Position numbers and translations under genes: made by a program | In this document: one piece after another, positions 1 through 13,200 of the stretch | Numbering within the stretch: position 1 is the stretch's first letter | Layout: every line of letters begins with the position of its first letter | Notes under the pieces: generated by a model | The model's database searches: none | The model's input: only the letters and a program-made list of their open reading frames with translations | Told to the model about the DNA's origin: nothing | Source: Paragordius varius | Lineage: Eukaryota > Animalia > Nematomorpha | NCBI GenBank assembly: GCA_964247055.1 | Contig: OZ176050.1 | Location: forward strand, 13,764,001 to 13,828,000 | Length of the DNA: 64,000 bases | Reading direction: 5' to 3'

Positions 1-370
1 GCACTTAGCGCATAACATATGTTTCCTAAAAATTCAATAAAAGCTAATTGTCTTATTGTATAAAAATCATTAAATGATAAAATATATTTAAACAAATATA
101 ATCTTATTTGCCCTTCTAAACAGGCTATCGTAACACTTCATTACATTATTATTTGGGTCTAGTTATTTTGGGATATTTTATGTTAAATTTTTATTATAAA
201 TCCCTTTTGATTGTATGAGATTAAAACATGATTTTCACAATTGTCTATATATTTAAATTAAAACGCTGTTTTTAAATAATAAATATCAATATTACCTGGT
301 AAATTGCAATTTATAAGTTTCCTAAATTTATATATTTTTAACCATAATAATACATTATGCATGTTGTATA

Positions 371-916
371 ACATGATTCAAACTGGGGTATCTAATTACC
401 TCAGGAAATATTAAAATTCATAATTTTAGAATATCGAAGGAAACGGTTTCAGTTTAAATTTATGCTTCTATACTAATAAAAATTATATAAATAAGATAAA
501 ATATTTAAATGAAATTTAGCTTTAAAAGAAAAGTTCCGTATCAAACTACTTGGACGCTATTTTTATTTTAAAATTTGCAAAATATCGTGTTTATTTGATT
601 CCAAGTTAAAATTAGTAATACTTTTTTATTAAAATCACATTTAACATTGACATAAACAGAAAAAGTGGTATATTTTGCATTATTTGTCATCTTGGCTAAA
701 TTTTTACCTTTCGGTTTTACCCCTGAATAGGTAACATTTAGTATTGAATGAATATTTTATTATATTTCGGTTTATTAATGTTATATAAGTGCAAACATTT
801 GCCATGGTTTTAATTTATTCCATAATTTTTGAAAATTTTATATTTAAACAAGCTTGAGGTATCTAACTACCCCAATTTAAATTGAAGCACAGAAATGAAT
901 GCTTTGTATTCAAGTG
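371..916 (+). mobile_element. Family D non-autonomous element (piggyBac-like), degenerate copy
   Basis: Shares GGGGTATCTAATTACC, TTTATGCTTCTATACT, TCAAACTACTT, GGTATCTAACTACCCCAATTT and the CAAGTG end with the copies at 54431, 60659 and 61220. Confidence 0.7.
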
Positions 917-1309
917 ATAAAGGATAAAAAATATGGTGGCGAAAAAGTTTGAAATGATTAGTATTCACAACTTTTATAAAAAAATTTTTTTAATCATCCT
1001 AAAAGACTATATGATTTGGCCCATAACTTAAATTTTGAATGAAAATGCGGTATAAAACCTTCCCCAAATTTTCTTATCTATAGCAGTTACTATTAAAAGT
1101 AAATAATAATCCCCCGCAAAAACCAAAAAAATGCAAACATGGATAATTACATTTTCCTTATATAAAATATTATTTTGACTAAAAAATTGATGTGGCATAG
1201 TTACATAAATTTTTATTGGGATATTTAAACCCAATTTGTCTTTGCTAAACTAAACGGTTGATAAATATTCATTCATAAATATGATCCAATAGTAAAGGTT
1301 ATTTTTCAA

Positions 1310-3895
1310 ATGAGTTTGATATTAACTCACACAAAATATATTAGTTCAATTATACTAGGGGCGCTTATTCTAATTGGTATACCACATTTATCTTAATTTA
1401 TAGGAATCGCATACACCATTTCCGGGCGAGGTCAACGGTTTGATGTCGAAGGGTATTATATTTGATTTTAAACGATAACTACCCGATTAATAATGTTTTT
1501 ATGGAAACAATATTTTTATTTTTTAAAAATACTTATTCATAAGATTATAACTATTAAGTTAAAAGATCTTTCTAAGTAATATGAGTTTGATATTGATTAA
1601 ATAAACGTAAAATTTTTACCATACCATACCTATATATGGGCTAAATCCTCTTATTACTTCAAATTGCTAATTAAATTTTCTTTTAATTATATATAATGCT
1701 AAATTTTACGCACTAATTTTAGCAAATATTTAACTTACCTAATACAGACATTAAATAATTTTAACCAAACTTTTCGCATAGATTCCTTGTTAATACTTCG
1801 ACATTTAATTTTTTTACTTCTATAATTCCTAAGATAAACCTTATAAGATAAATTTTCACCTTACCAAACCCTTTTCTGATTATAGATTTTTGGCAATACT
1901 ACATCGTTTAACTTTTCACTTTGATTATGTTCTTTCGATAAACCTTAAAATCTCTAGATTTTTCCTAAAACAAACTTTTTTCTTTACATAGATTCCTGGT
2001 TAATACTTCTCCGTACATGTGGGCCTGCAGTGGAATAGGTCTTGCCATTTCACTTTCCGTTGTGGGAGCTGCTTGGGGTATTTTCACGACAGGTGCCAGC
2101 ATAGTAGGGGGTGGGGTTAAAGTTCCACGCATAAGAACGAAAAATTTAATCAGCATAATATTTTGTGAAGCCGTCGCTATCTATGGTATTATCCTTGCCA
2201 TCGTCATGTACAACCTACTTGAGGTTATTTTTTTACAAAATTTTTATGAATTTGGAGACGTTTGAGCTCATAAAAATTGTTTTTAGTGTTAGGATTTTAT
2301 AATATTATAAGTGTTTTATTTCCTATATAAACCAATGGGTATTATAGTATTTTTAAAATATGGAATATATAAATGACAACAAACGTCTAGAAAACCCGTA
2401 AAGCTGTAATAATTTTATCTAAAAAACCATATATAATAACAACATATTGAATATAACTCTATATGAACACTTTGACTGGCAATATACAAATTTAAGATAT
2501 TAAAATAATTTGAGCATTTTTAAAAAATTAACAACATTTTCTATAATAATCTTTTGTACACGGTAGTTTTTCTTATAAGTTTTAAACTTTTAATTTTTAA
2601 GTTTACTTTTTTATAATTTGTTTTTATAATGATATCTAGAGATTTGATCGGAATGCTGCAACAGCTAATAGAGAACTATTAGCGGCCAATTTATTTGCAG
2701 GTATATTATTTTATTTTTACTTTATTCATTTAAACAAATTTATTATTTGCATTGCATAATTTATTATGCGATAGGGTTAAACTCATCTTTTGCTTTTATT
2801 TTTTTTATAAAGGGTCCTTTTTTAGGAAATGTTATTTTCAAATGAAATGATTTATTTTCTTTGGGCAAAAAATTAGTTTTTTTTCTATTTAAGTCAACAT
2901 TGTAACTTAGAAGTCATTTTTATAAAACGAGTTATGTGTATTTCGATGTTTATGCTATAAAATTTTAACGTTACATATTTAAAATTTTAGCAGAGCAAAT
3001 AGGAGAAAAGGGCATTATTTTTTATTTTACGGGTTATGTTTATAAATTTTTTTAAAGAATCAGAAATAATCTTACAATAAAATAAAACCTGACTTATATA
3101 TCATAATATATTTTTGCTATCAATAGGCATTCAGACCTTACTGTATTAAATCATAAATGCATTAGGTTTTAGTTTATTTATAAAGCATGCTCAAATAAAA
3201 TATTTTACGTATATTATAACTTAAAATATTCATCAAAAACATAATTACAAATTATAAAACTCGTGTTAAAATGCATATTAAGTTTTAGTTTATTTATAAA
3301 TCATCCTCAAAAAAATATTTACGTTAAAATAATCATCAAAAAAACTTAAATATATGACGCTTATAAATTATTAAACTCGTGTGTTAAAATGCATATTAGG
3401 TTTTAGTTTATTTATAAATCATCCTCAAATAAAAAAAAATACTTTTATATTATCAAAAAATCATCAAAAATTTTTTTTAACGCTTATAAATTATAAAACT
3501 CGAGTTCATCTATATATCATCCTCAAAAAAATATTTACGTTAAAATAATGATCAAAAACATAAATATTTAACGCTTATAAATTATAAAACTCGTGTGTTA
3601 AAATGCATATTAGGTTTTGCCATGTTTGGAGCCGGTCTCACTACCGGTTTTTGCAATCTATTTTGCGGATTATGTGTGGGGATTGTGGGGTCAGGGGCTG
3701 CCCTCGCCGATGCTCAAAATGCCAGTTTATTCGTTAAAATTTTGGTGATTGAAATTTTTGCAAGCGCTATTGGTCTGTTTGGTATCATAGTTGCTATCTT
3801 ACAAGTATGGCTATATATCCAGTGAATTTTTTTTTGTGAAAAGGTATATAGTTAAAATTTTATGGGTTACTGTTTTATTTTAGAACCTTGCTTAA
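1310..3895 (+). CDS. ATP6V0B: V-type proton ATPase 21 kDa proteolipid subunit c'' (VMA16), 6 exons, 203 aa
   Basis: Exons 1310-1376, 1404-1452, 1992-2223, 2640-2700, 3614-3804, 3884-3895 join in frame at GT-AG sites. Product: [70 protein letters not shown]...[16 protein letters not shown]...[67 protein letters not shown]. These are hallmark c'' motifs. The last exon is less certain (read-through would give VWLYIQ* at 3825). Confidence 0.95.
3150..3620 (+). repeat. Degenerate tandem repeat (~115-bp unit, ~4 copies) at the 3' end of ATP6V0B intron 4
   Basis: Recurring AAAATGCATATTAGGTTTTAGTTTATTTATAAATCATCCTCAAAAAAA...ACGCTTATAAATTATAAAACTCGTG. Confidence 0.85.
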
Positions 3896-3959
3896 ATTTT
3901 TTTAAAGTTAATTTTAAATTGCATTGGAGGAATCAATTACTCCCAAAAGTTAATAAAAT

Positions 3960-4085
3960 GTTCTATTTTTTAGTTAAAAGTAACATTTTTTCCACCAAAT
4001 GCAATATTTTTTGACGCGTTTCTTTGAAAAAATGTTGCATTTGGTTGAAAAAATGTTGCATTTGACTGAAAAATGGTTTATATAC
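3960..4085. mobile_element. Family A' short MITE (degenerate)
   Basis: AAAAGTAACATTTT...AAATGTTGCATTTG x2...GACTGAAAAATGGTT, similar to the copies at 8808 and 37340. Confidence 0.55.
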
Positions 4086-5114
4086 AAACAAAAAGTCAAA
4101 TATTTTTTATTCTTTTAAGACAGTTTCATAGTTTATTAAACCTAAATATTTTAGATAAACTAGATAGAACGATTTCTAGAGATGATATAAATTGCTAATA
4201 TATAAAAAAGCTTGCTACTCCAAAAGTTTTTTTAACATTCATAAGTTAAGCCTATAAATTCAAAAATCTTTTTCAAAATAAAATTAAAAGTATTCAGAAA
4301 TTTCTTAATATGTATATGGGAATTTAGCGATAAGCATTTAAACACTAGGTTCTTATTTTTTTAGAATTGATTAACCTGTGAGTGCGTTGAACAAATTTTT
4401 TTATTGAGGTAATATCAAAACTTTTACCGTATAATAATGGTTCTTTTGCTATAAAATAATTTAAATGCTGTATTTTATTACTCCATATACTTTATTTTGT
4501 CTAAGGTTAAGAAGCTAATATGCAAAAACTAACTAAGTGTTAAACAAATAGTTAAATTTTAAAACTCCTATATGCCAGCTATTACAGAGTTTTATGACAT
4601 TTCATTTTAGTATTTCAGACGCATTACTTTATGAATGCGAAGTTTATTTAAAACATAAAATTATGTTATTAATGATTGATTTAAAAAACTTTAAGTCATT
4701 TTGAATCATAAAGTAAATTTGTTAACCAGCCGATTGCGTAGAATCAGTTTTTAAGTTTATTTTTCTATATGCAACTAAGTGATCTAAAATATTTCGGACT
4801 TAATTATCTGGCACTTATACGAAAAATTTAAAAACTACATTGGCCCTAAATTTATATAAAAAATTTGTTAAACCCTAATGATAGTTTTTATTACTTTTAT
4901 GAACAATTTTAAAATTGTTAATTTTTTTCCCTAAGAACAATAATACTTTCAAATGATTTTTGTGTCAAGCCGCCCTTTTTCAATAAATTGGTAAGATTAT
5001 TTTTTTATTTTCTAATATTTAGAAAGCAACGATTTTTTTGCTTTTGCTTCTAATACATCTTGTATATCAGTGACAACAAAAAATAAAATCATTCTTTTTA
5101 CCTATATATAAATA

Positions 5115-5392
5115 TAGTAAAAACTGGAATTATACGGACCAAACGTAAAAATATATAGTATTTTTCTCTAAAATACAACCATACTTTTTTTGATCATTTA
5201 TCTAATTATAAATTATTTTTAAAATTGCAAAGCTTGAAAAAGAGATGTTGGAAGTCATTTTATTTTATATTTTACAGTGGTAAGTAAATAATTTTTATAG
5301 AATTAAAGTTTAATAAAAAGTATGGTTGTCTTTTGAAAAAATCTTTGTCTTTACATTTTTACTATTTTGTCCGTATAATTACAATTTTACTG
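5115..5392. mobile_element. Family B MITE (long inverted repeats, CAGT...ACTG, TA target)
   Basis: AATTATACGGAC(A)AAACGTAAAAAT...CAACCATACTTT mirrored by AAAGTATGGTTGTC...TTGTCCGTATAATT...TTACTG. Confidence 0.8.
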
Positions 5393-5847
5393 TATACTTT
5401 TTATATCAAGAGAAATTTTTTAACTGTATATTTTTATGTTGTTTTTATTAGATCTCAAAAGTCAGGATGGGAAATCGACTGTAAGACAATGACATGAAAG
5501 GCTTACGTTATTACAGCAAAAAAATCAATTTGTTTCATGTAATATGTGTCACCAATTCGGGTCCAATCCAACCCTCTTATTGAAATATATATTATTTATT
5601 ATTTTAATTAAACATTTGTATAAATTATACCATAAATTTACTTTTTGTAAAAAAAATATATATTTTGGGTAAATTTATTAGCAAAAAAGTCCATGTAAAA
5701 ATATACCGAGTAAATATAAAAATAATACCAATACTATAAGTTTAAAATATGGATAATAAAAAATCTTATTCAGGGGTACAACACGGATGGCTTTGCAGGC
5801 CGCATTTTTAACTTAAGGAAAAAGCGGACCGGATTGGATGATCATGA

Positions 5848-6125
5848 TATACCATTTACAATTCAAATTCATTCTTCAACAATTCAAATTCACCCTCTAA
5901 CAATTCAAATTCACCCTAAAAATAAATTATGAATTTTCGGGATAATAGAGCTCATCATTATTATGAAATATATCTTTATGGCATAGTTTATTATTTTTTC
6001 AGTATTTGATTAATTTCAAACGTAATTTTATTTTTTAAAAAAATATAGGTAATTTTTAATCTCAAAAAGCACATATTTTAGGGTGAAATTTGAATTTTTT
6101 GGTGAATTTGAACTGTAAATTGTAT
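5848..6125. mobile_element. Family A MITE (TATACCATTT...AAATGGTATA ends, internal ~21-bp subrepeats)
   Basis: ACCATTTACAATTCAAATTC...(AACAATTCAAATTCACCC)n...GGGTGAATTTGAACTGTAAATTGTATA. Confidence 0.85.
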
Positions 6126-6814
6126 ATATCCATTAATTATTTTAATCTTTGTTTACTCCCTGGGCAATTGGAAAGATATATTCAGAACCTGTAATCAAGA
6201 AGTTAAGTTATTTGATAAAAATGGGTTTTCATCCATAATTTTTAATTAAATAATTTTTACCTTAAAATACCCATAAAATACAATACAAGGGTAAGGTCTA
6301 TATAAATAACGTCAAATAATCATTTTTTAACAATCGATGAAATATATTCCAAATAATTACTTAATTTTTATTAAGATATTTTTTTAATTATTAAATTTGG
6401 TTTTTTTCTAATTTTTCGCTGGCCGTAAAAAATTTGTGCCGTATTTCTACATTTTAACAATGATTTTGTTTTATTTAATATATATAAACTCTTTGCTTAC
6501 TATACGCTGTGTTTTCTACACAAATATAGTAATTATAATTTTGATATATAACAATTATTTTTTAGGACAGAAAACATATATATTGATTTATAACTGTAAT
6601 TAGAGCTTTAAGCAAGAAATCGACATGTCAGAATTTGTATTAAAAATGAAATTATCGGATCGTAATTAAATTTATTTAAATTACGGGTAAATAGTTATAT
6701 CAACTAAATAGGATAAAATAAATTATACATTTGAATGATTAAATATAAATATGATGACAAGTCATGTAAATATAAACATTTCAAGTTTTAAAAAGCTATG
6801 CATAAAAATAATAC

Positions 6815-7106
6815 AATAAAAATTATATTATATGGATAAAACGTAAAAATATAAAGGCAAATATTTTTCTCTAAAACCCCATACTTTTTAAGCCCTAATT
6901 TTTTCTTTATAAATTATTTAATTATAATTAGATGAAAAACCTAATCAAATAAGTTACCAATATACATCTCTTTCTATTCAAACTTTGCAGTTTGAAACAA
7001 TGAGTTATAGTGAAAAAAAACAAGTCTAAAAAAGTACAGTGGTCTTTTGAAAAAATATTTGTGTTTATATTTTTATGCTTTGTCTGTGTAATATCAATTT
7101 TTACTG
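6815..7106. mobile_element. Family B MITE
   Basis: Same arms as 5115-5392, degenerate. Confidence 0.7.
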
Positions 7107-7238
7107 TAATATAAAGTGGGCTGAATATTTAAGGAAAGAATATTGAATTTTCTTTAGCGCATAATCAAGTGTACCATCATAAAAGAAAATAGAAGCAATA
7201 TTTTTAATGCCTAAATTGATAAAGTCAGTCATAAGTGA

Positions 7239-10200
7239 TTATCCAGTGCATGAAAAACAAGCACCCATCTTTTCTTTTGCAAGGGAATCACTCCTTCGAC
7301 TAAGCAAACTATCCAGCGTGAGAGAAGTTATTTGAGGCGTTTTCAATATTATATCTTCATTGGCACAAAGGGATCTAAAAATTGATTTTTTGTTTTATTG
7401 CAATTAATATGGGTATATTCTAAAAATATTTTTTGTTAAATCAATAATGTTTTTCCTATAACCTTTTGTCGCAAATCTTATTATAATAATAAAAGGAAAT
7501 TATGGATATTAACATTTAATGCGATCAGCCTTAAAATAAACCCTAATAAACAATATAATAAAATCATAATTATATATTTTTTAGCCAAATGATAACAAGC
7601 AAGTATTTTTTATAAATTACGGTTAAATCCATTCTTATTTTGATTGGATTTCAAATCATTATGATTTTTACCATAGAATATAAGCTAATATTCAATGTAA
7701 TTTGTCCAAAACATATTATTTTATTTTGGTAGAACAAAAAATAATATTAAGTTAAATATAAAACTTTTCACATAATTTCACATAAAATAAAATTACTTGG
7801 CTATTTCACGGAATGCTTGTTCGATATTTAAACCAGTTTTAGCACTTACGTCAAAATGTAAAGCTTCAACATCCTATATATATTTATAAATTTTTAAATA
7901 AAAATATAAATTTATAAATTAAGTAAAAAACTAAAAATTACATTGGCTAGGGTTCGGCTTTTACTAATCAGTGAAAATTCATGAGATGCCGCCGAAAGGA
8001 ATCGTAAATCAATGAGATCCATTTTGTTTCCAAGAATAACTAGCAAGGGTTTATGATGCATATTTTGCTTCTAAATTTTTTTTTATATACCACATAAAAT
8101 TTAATTTGAGTTTAAAATTGATTTTTGGCCGTATAAAGTTATATTTATAAGTCAAAATTAGAGTTCAAAAAGTCAAACTAGGAAAATATGGGTTTTTAGA
8201 GATTTATTCCCAATATCTCTAATAATATCAAACATTATTTATTAAATAATCATAAAAGCTAACAAATTTCCAGGCACAAATAAATATGTAACTATTAACT
8301 ATTTAACGGGAACGGTGCTCAAAACAACTGTTTTTAGCAGTTATAAACTAATCTAAAAAAATCCTCAAAAAAGCGTCAGTAAGTTTATTTTCTATATGAT
8401 AACAATGTTTTTGTAAAAATTTGTCGTGCAAAGTAGAAAATCAAACATGCAATATGTAAAATTTAAGATCATGCAATGTAGAAAAAAGAAATTATAATTT
8501 TTTTGATAAATATTTTTAGGAAATAATTAAATTGCAATTTCTGAGATGTTTAAAGAAATTCGCATACCAATTAGGTATTCATATGCAACAAAAACAGGAT
8601 ATAACAAAAAATTAAAGAAAAGAAATAACCAAAAACATGCCAGCCATATCATCTAAAAGTGCGGAGGAACGAGTAGCTGCATGCATAAACCCACAACAAT
8701 CCGATGCGTTGTCATCACAAAAAGTTTTAACATATTTCTAGACAATACAATAATTTTTTAAATTAAATTAAATACTTTGGCGTTAAATTATTTAGAAGTT
8801 GATTTAGTAAACCGCTTTTCAACCAAACGAAACATTTTTATAACCAAACGAAACATTATTTTATAACCAAACGAAACATTTTTAATATCGTTTGGATGGT
8901 AAATGTTGCGTTTGGTTGAAAGTGTTGCTTTTGACTGAAAAATGGTATACAAACTTACACGTATCTCTGAGATCCATTCTTTCAAGGAATCCAGGCTTTT
9001 TGGTTGCATAATATCAAACATGAGCAAAATGGCATCGGCTTTACGATAGTAGAGTCGGGTTAAGGCTTTATATCTATGAAATCAAATAAATTTAGATAAT
9101 TTTTAGGATTACACAAAAACTTGTGGATGCTTTTTCAAAATAAACCTTATCATGAATAGCTATGTAAAACATAAGCTAAGGATTAAACAAAGAATGTTGC
9201 CATTATAAGATTTCAAAATGGCTATTTTATAAATAAATTTATTATGGAAAGAATATTGCCAATAACTATGATTCTTCCGATGATTAAAAACTATTAAAAT
9301 TATCCTTAATTATATGGGATATTTTATTTATTGGTTTTTTAAGTATTAAAAAAATGTTGCCCTTGTTTTCTTTCTGGTATAATAAATTTGGTGGTGATTT
9401 AAATATTTAATAAAATTTAGTGTATCTAATTGTTTTGAAAGAAAGCATGAAAAGCTATATTTTAGGGTTTAACTAAAAGTGATTTATAAAGGATTGCCTT
9501 GTAATTTTAAATCTAGGGTGGAAGTTGACTCGCAAATTAAGACTTGGTTGAAGTTACAGTAAATTTAAAATTTTACGGACAAAAAGTAAAAATATAAAGA
9601 CAAATATTTTTTTCTAAAAGACAACTATTGATTTTTTTAATAAAACTCATTGTTTTAAACTACAAAATATAATAGATATATAAATTGGTAGCATAATCAA
9701 TGTATTTTAAGGTTGGAATTAAAAGTTTTTATTGGATAAGGTTTAAAAAAGTATGGTTGTCTTTTGAAAAAAATTTTGTCTTTATATTTTAACTGTATGT
9801 TATTTATATCTTAAACATAGTCAGTTTATTGCTCTATGTTGTCAAAAAGCTATTCATTATTTTATTTAATAAAACGTAATAATTTTAGTTATTTAACAAT
9901 TCCCATATTTTAAATGTTCGTATCTAATTTCAGCGCTTGAACGCGTGAAAGGGCATAGTAATTAAAACAAAGCAATTATTTTTATTTTAATGATAGGATT
10001 TCATGTAAAAAAATAAAATTAATATTAACCTTTCTTGACCGGCAGTGTCCCACACCTGCATCACAACAGCTTGGTCACCAATCATCACACGTTTTACTTG
10101 GAAATCCATATCTATGATGAATTTTTTCAAAACATAGTTTTAGCATATTTATATATTATATGTTACAAATTAATACTATATAATTTGTATTTATTTCTGA

Positions 10201-13200
10201 TTAAATAAAAAGTTAAAATGGGTTTTATTTTATAAAGGAATTAAAAATATGGAGAAAAATATATCATCAAATAATAGTCCTATAAACTAAAATGTAAAAT
10301 GCCTATTTTTTGCTATTCAATAACAGTTGTTACGATTTAAGATTAACATTTTTGTGATCATATTCACATTTTTTTCTAATAAAATCTGCAGTAGACTAAA
10401 ACTACACTTTTAAAAGAGAGGTACTTACTTAGGGTTGGAACAAAATTTTGACAGTAATGTTGGTGACAAGCTTGATGGATAAAAGTTGTTTTACCAACCC
10501 CGACATCCCCCAGTAAAATGACTTTAAAAACGCGGGCAGGAGGGATTTTTCCACCCATTCCACGATTCAAAGGTAGTGTATTTGTAGCGCTAGATTTGCG
10601 CACCAAAAGTTTATTATTGCCAACAAATTCATGGTTAGTTTTATTGTTACATGAGTATGGAGATAATGAGGTGGTTGAATCACTTTGTTTGGACATGGAT
10701 GATATCTATAATTATTGATTTAATTTTAATAAAAAAGAATGATATATAATTGAAAAGGTTGAGTTTTTAACTAAATGTTCACATTTAAGGGAAGAATATT
10801 AGCTTATTCTGTTTGGAAATGGCGTAGGTACGGGGCTGTTTAAATATATGACTATTTTAAAAGATATTTTAACATTGCATTTATTGACTATTAATACCAT
10901 GCCTATGGACTAAGAATACACCATTTACAATTCAAATTCACCCTTAAACAAAATTTACCCTTGAACATTTTAAACTGACCCTCGAACAATTCAAATTCAT
11001 CCTAAAAATAAATTATGTTTTCGGAACTCATCATTAAAAATATATCTTAATGACACAGTTTATTATTTTTCAGTATAATTTTAATTTTAAACAAAATTTT
11101 ATTTTTTATAACTATAAAAAATATAAGTAATTTTTTATCTTAAAAACACTTAATTAAGGTGAGTTCGAATTGTTCAAGGGTGAATTTGAACTGTAAATTG
11201 TATATATTATAGGGAAACTATAAACAGAAATTGGACCAATATGGATAGATGAAAAAAAATTTAAGGGTTAAATTCCATTTTCAAAAAACATAAACCATCA
11301 ATTTGCATTCATAAGCAAAACCTTAGATAATGTAGGTGATCCCGATTCGTTCCAATAGCAATTCATATCGTAATTTTCATTATCAAATACCTTTGTCTCG
11401 TTGGAATTCTTACCACAATTGCAATTGATATTTTGATTTTGCGCAAAATTAGAGCACCTTTTTGTTTGTGAAGCATTATTACAGTTTTCTGGAACTAATA
11501 AGGAATATTCTGGCGAGGTATATCTGTCTAAATTTTTTTCATATTCAATCATGCTTTTGGTGTTTGCTTTTGACAAATTACGAGGCTTTAGGGAAGTTTT
11601 AAAGTTATTGGTTTTACTGGAAATTTTTGGAGCCGGTAAATTTGTATTACCCGGTCTTTTCGTATTTGGAGAGTGATCAGGGATTAAAGTATCAGGATGA
11701 CTAATTTTAAGCTTTAAAACATTGACCGAAGGGGTGAAATTTAATGTCCTTTATAATTAAAAAATAATTTATAATCTTAAAAATCAAAAGTTTATATGTA
11801 ACTTTAACTGATGTAAAATAAATTTTGATATATACTCAACTATATCCTTGGTGTCAGACGCTGTGGATAATGTTGAATCTAAGGAATGCCTTCTTGATTG
11901 ACTACAAAAAAATATACAGTAATAATTGAAATTATACGGACAAGGCGTAAAAACATAGAAAGACATATCTATTTCTAAAAGAAAACACCATACTTTTCTA
12001 AACCTTAGTTTCCCCATATAAATTATTTACAATTAAAAATCTAAAAATTGACTGTTATAACCAATATACATCTCGCTTATTTAAATACTTTGCAATTTTA
12101 AACAATAATTTATCTTAAAAATCAAGATTTAAAAAAGTATGGTTTCTTCAAAATATTTGTCTTTATATTTTTACATTTTTTCCTATATTTTCAAAGGTTT
12201 TTTCCCAAATTTAAAACTTTAAAAAAGTAATATACGTTTGTTTGTGTTCAAGGTTAGACGGGTCATCATTGGGGACTACCCTGAAACTCAAAGTTTTAGC
12301 AGCTATAAAATTGGAGTTAGGCCTATTAGAAGCCATTAGTGATGAACGTTTTCGCATAACCAAACATTCATAATAACTTAGGGGGAGTAATCTACGATTC
12401 TGAAAACCGCTCAAGAGCGTTGAAGAAGGGAAAGAACCAAATTGTGTGTTGTTCTCATAACCCGATATTGGAGATACTAAAGTATGACTGTCAGGATTAT
12501 CCAATGTATTCATTTGACTGCTTGATGATGTATCATTTTGTATTGTTTTTAAATGCGTTGATTTTGAGTCGAGCTTATCATTGAGGGAACATTTAATTTT
12601 GTCCTTTTTATCATGCGCTCCTGATCTGATAAGTTCGCTAGGTTTTACATTATTGCAAGAGGACTTTTCTTTCCGTGATTCTAAGGCTGCTAGCTTTCTT
12701 GTACTTTTGTGTTCGCACAATACACCGGTTGATTGGGCCATGGTTATTTTTGGCATATTTTGCGAATCAACAGAATAATTTGTATCAGCTCTCTCGTTTT
12801 CGTCAAATTCATTATTGTTGGGATGATGCTGGGAAGAAAAATTGTTTGATCGGAGATTCTTTTTGTACATTTTAGCTGCGCTAAATATATCACTAACAGA
12901 TCTAATTTCCATACCATTGTTACGGAGTAATTTGGTTGATGGTTCTTTCTGTTTACAAACCGATTCCCCTAGCACTGTATGTTTGGTTGGCACAATAGAT
13001 GACGAGGAAGTCTTTTCAACTTTTTTATCAAAGTTGTTTTTTGCATTATATTGATGGTACATTTTAGGACTTTTTATCGGTAGAGAAGGGAAGGACGGAC
13101 TCACATTTTTAAGTGTTTTATTAACATTTCGAAGAGGTTTGATTTCTGAATCACTGCTGGAGGATAGGAAAGTGTTTTCATCCTGAGAATTGTTATTGAT

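Noticed and set aside
1281-1345. ATG ATC CAA TAG TAA AG|gt as a first exon read with a ciliate-type genetic code
   Set aside because: An in-frame ATG at 1310 gives a clean 67-nt exon, genes here end in TAA/TGA, and the long ORFs contain no internal TAA/TAG.
5848-6125. Short ~21-bp repeats resembling a CRISPR array
   Set aside because: No unique spacers, the repeats are arms of a palindromic MITE, and the DNA is eukaryotic.
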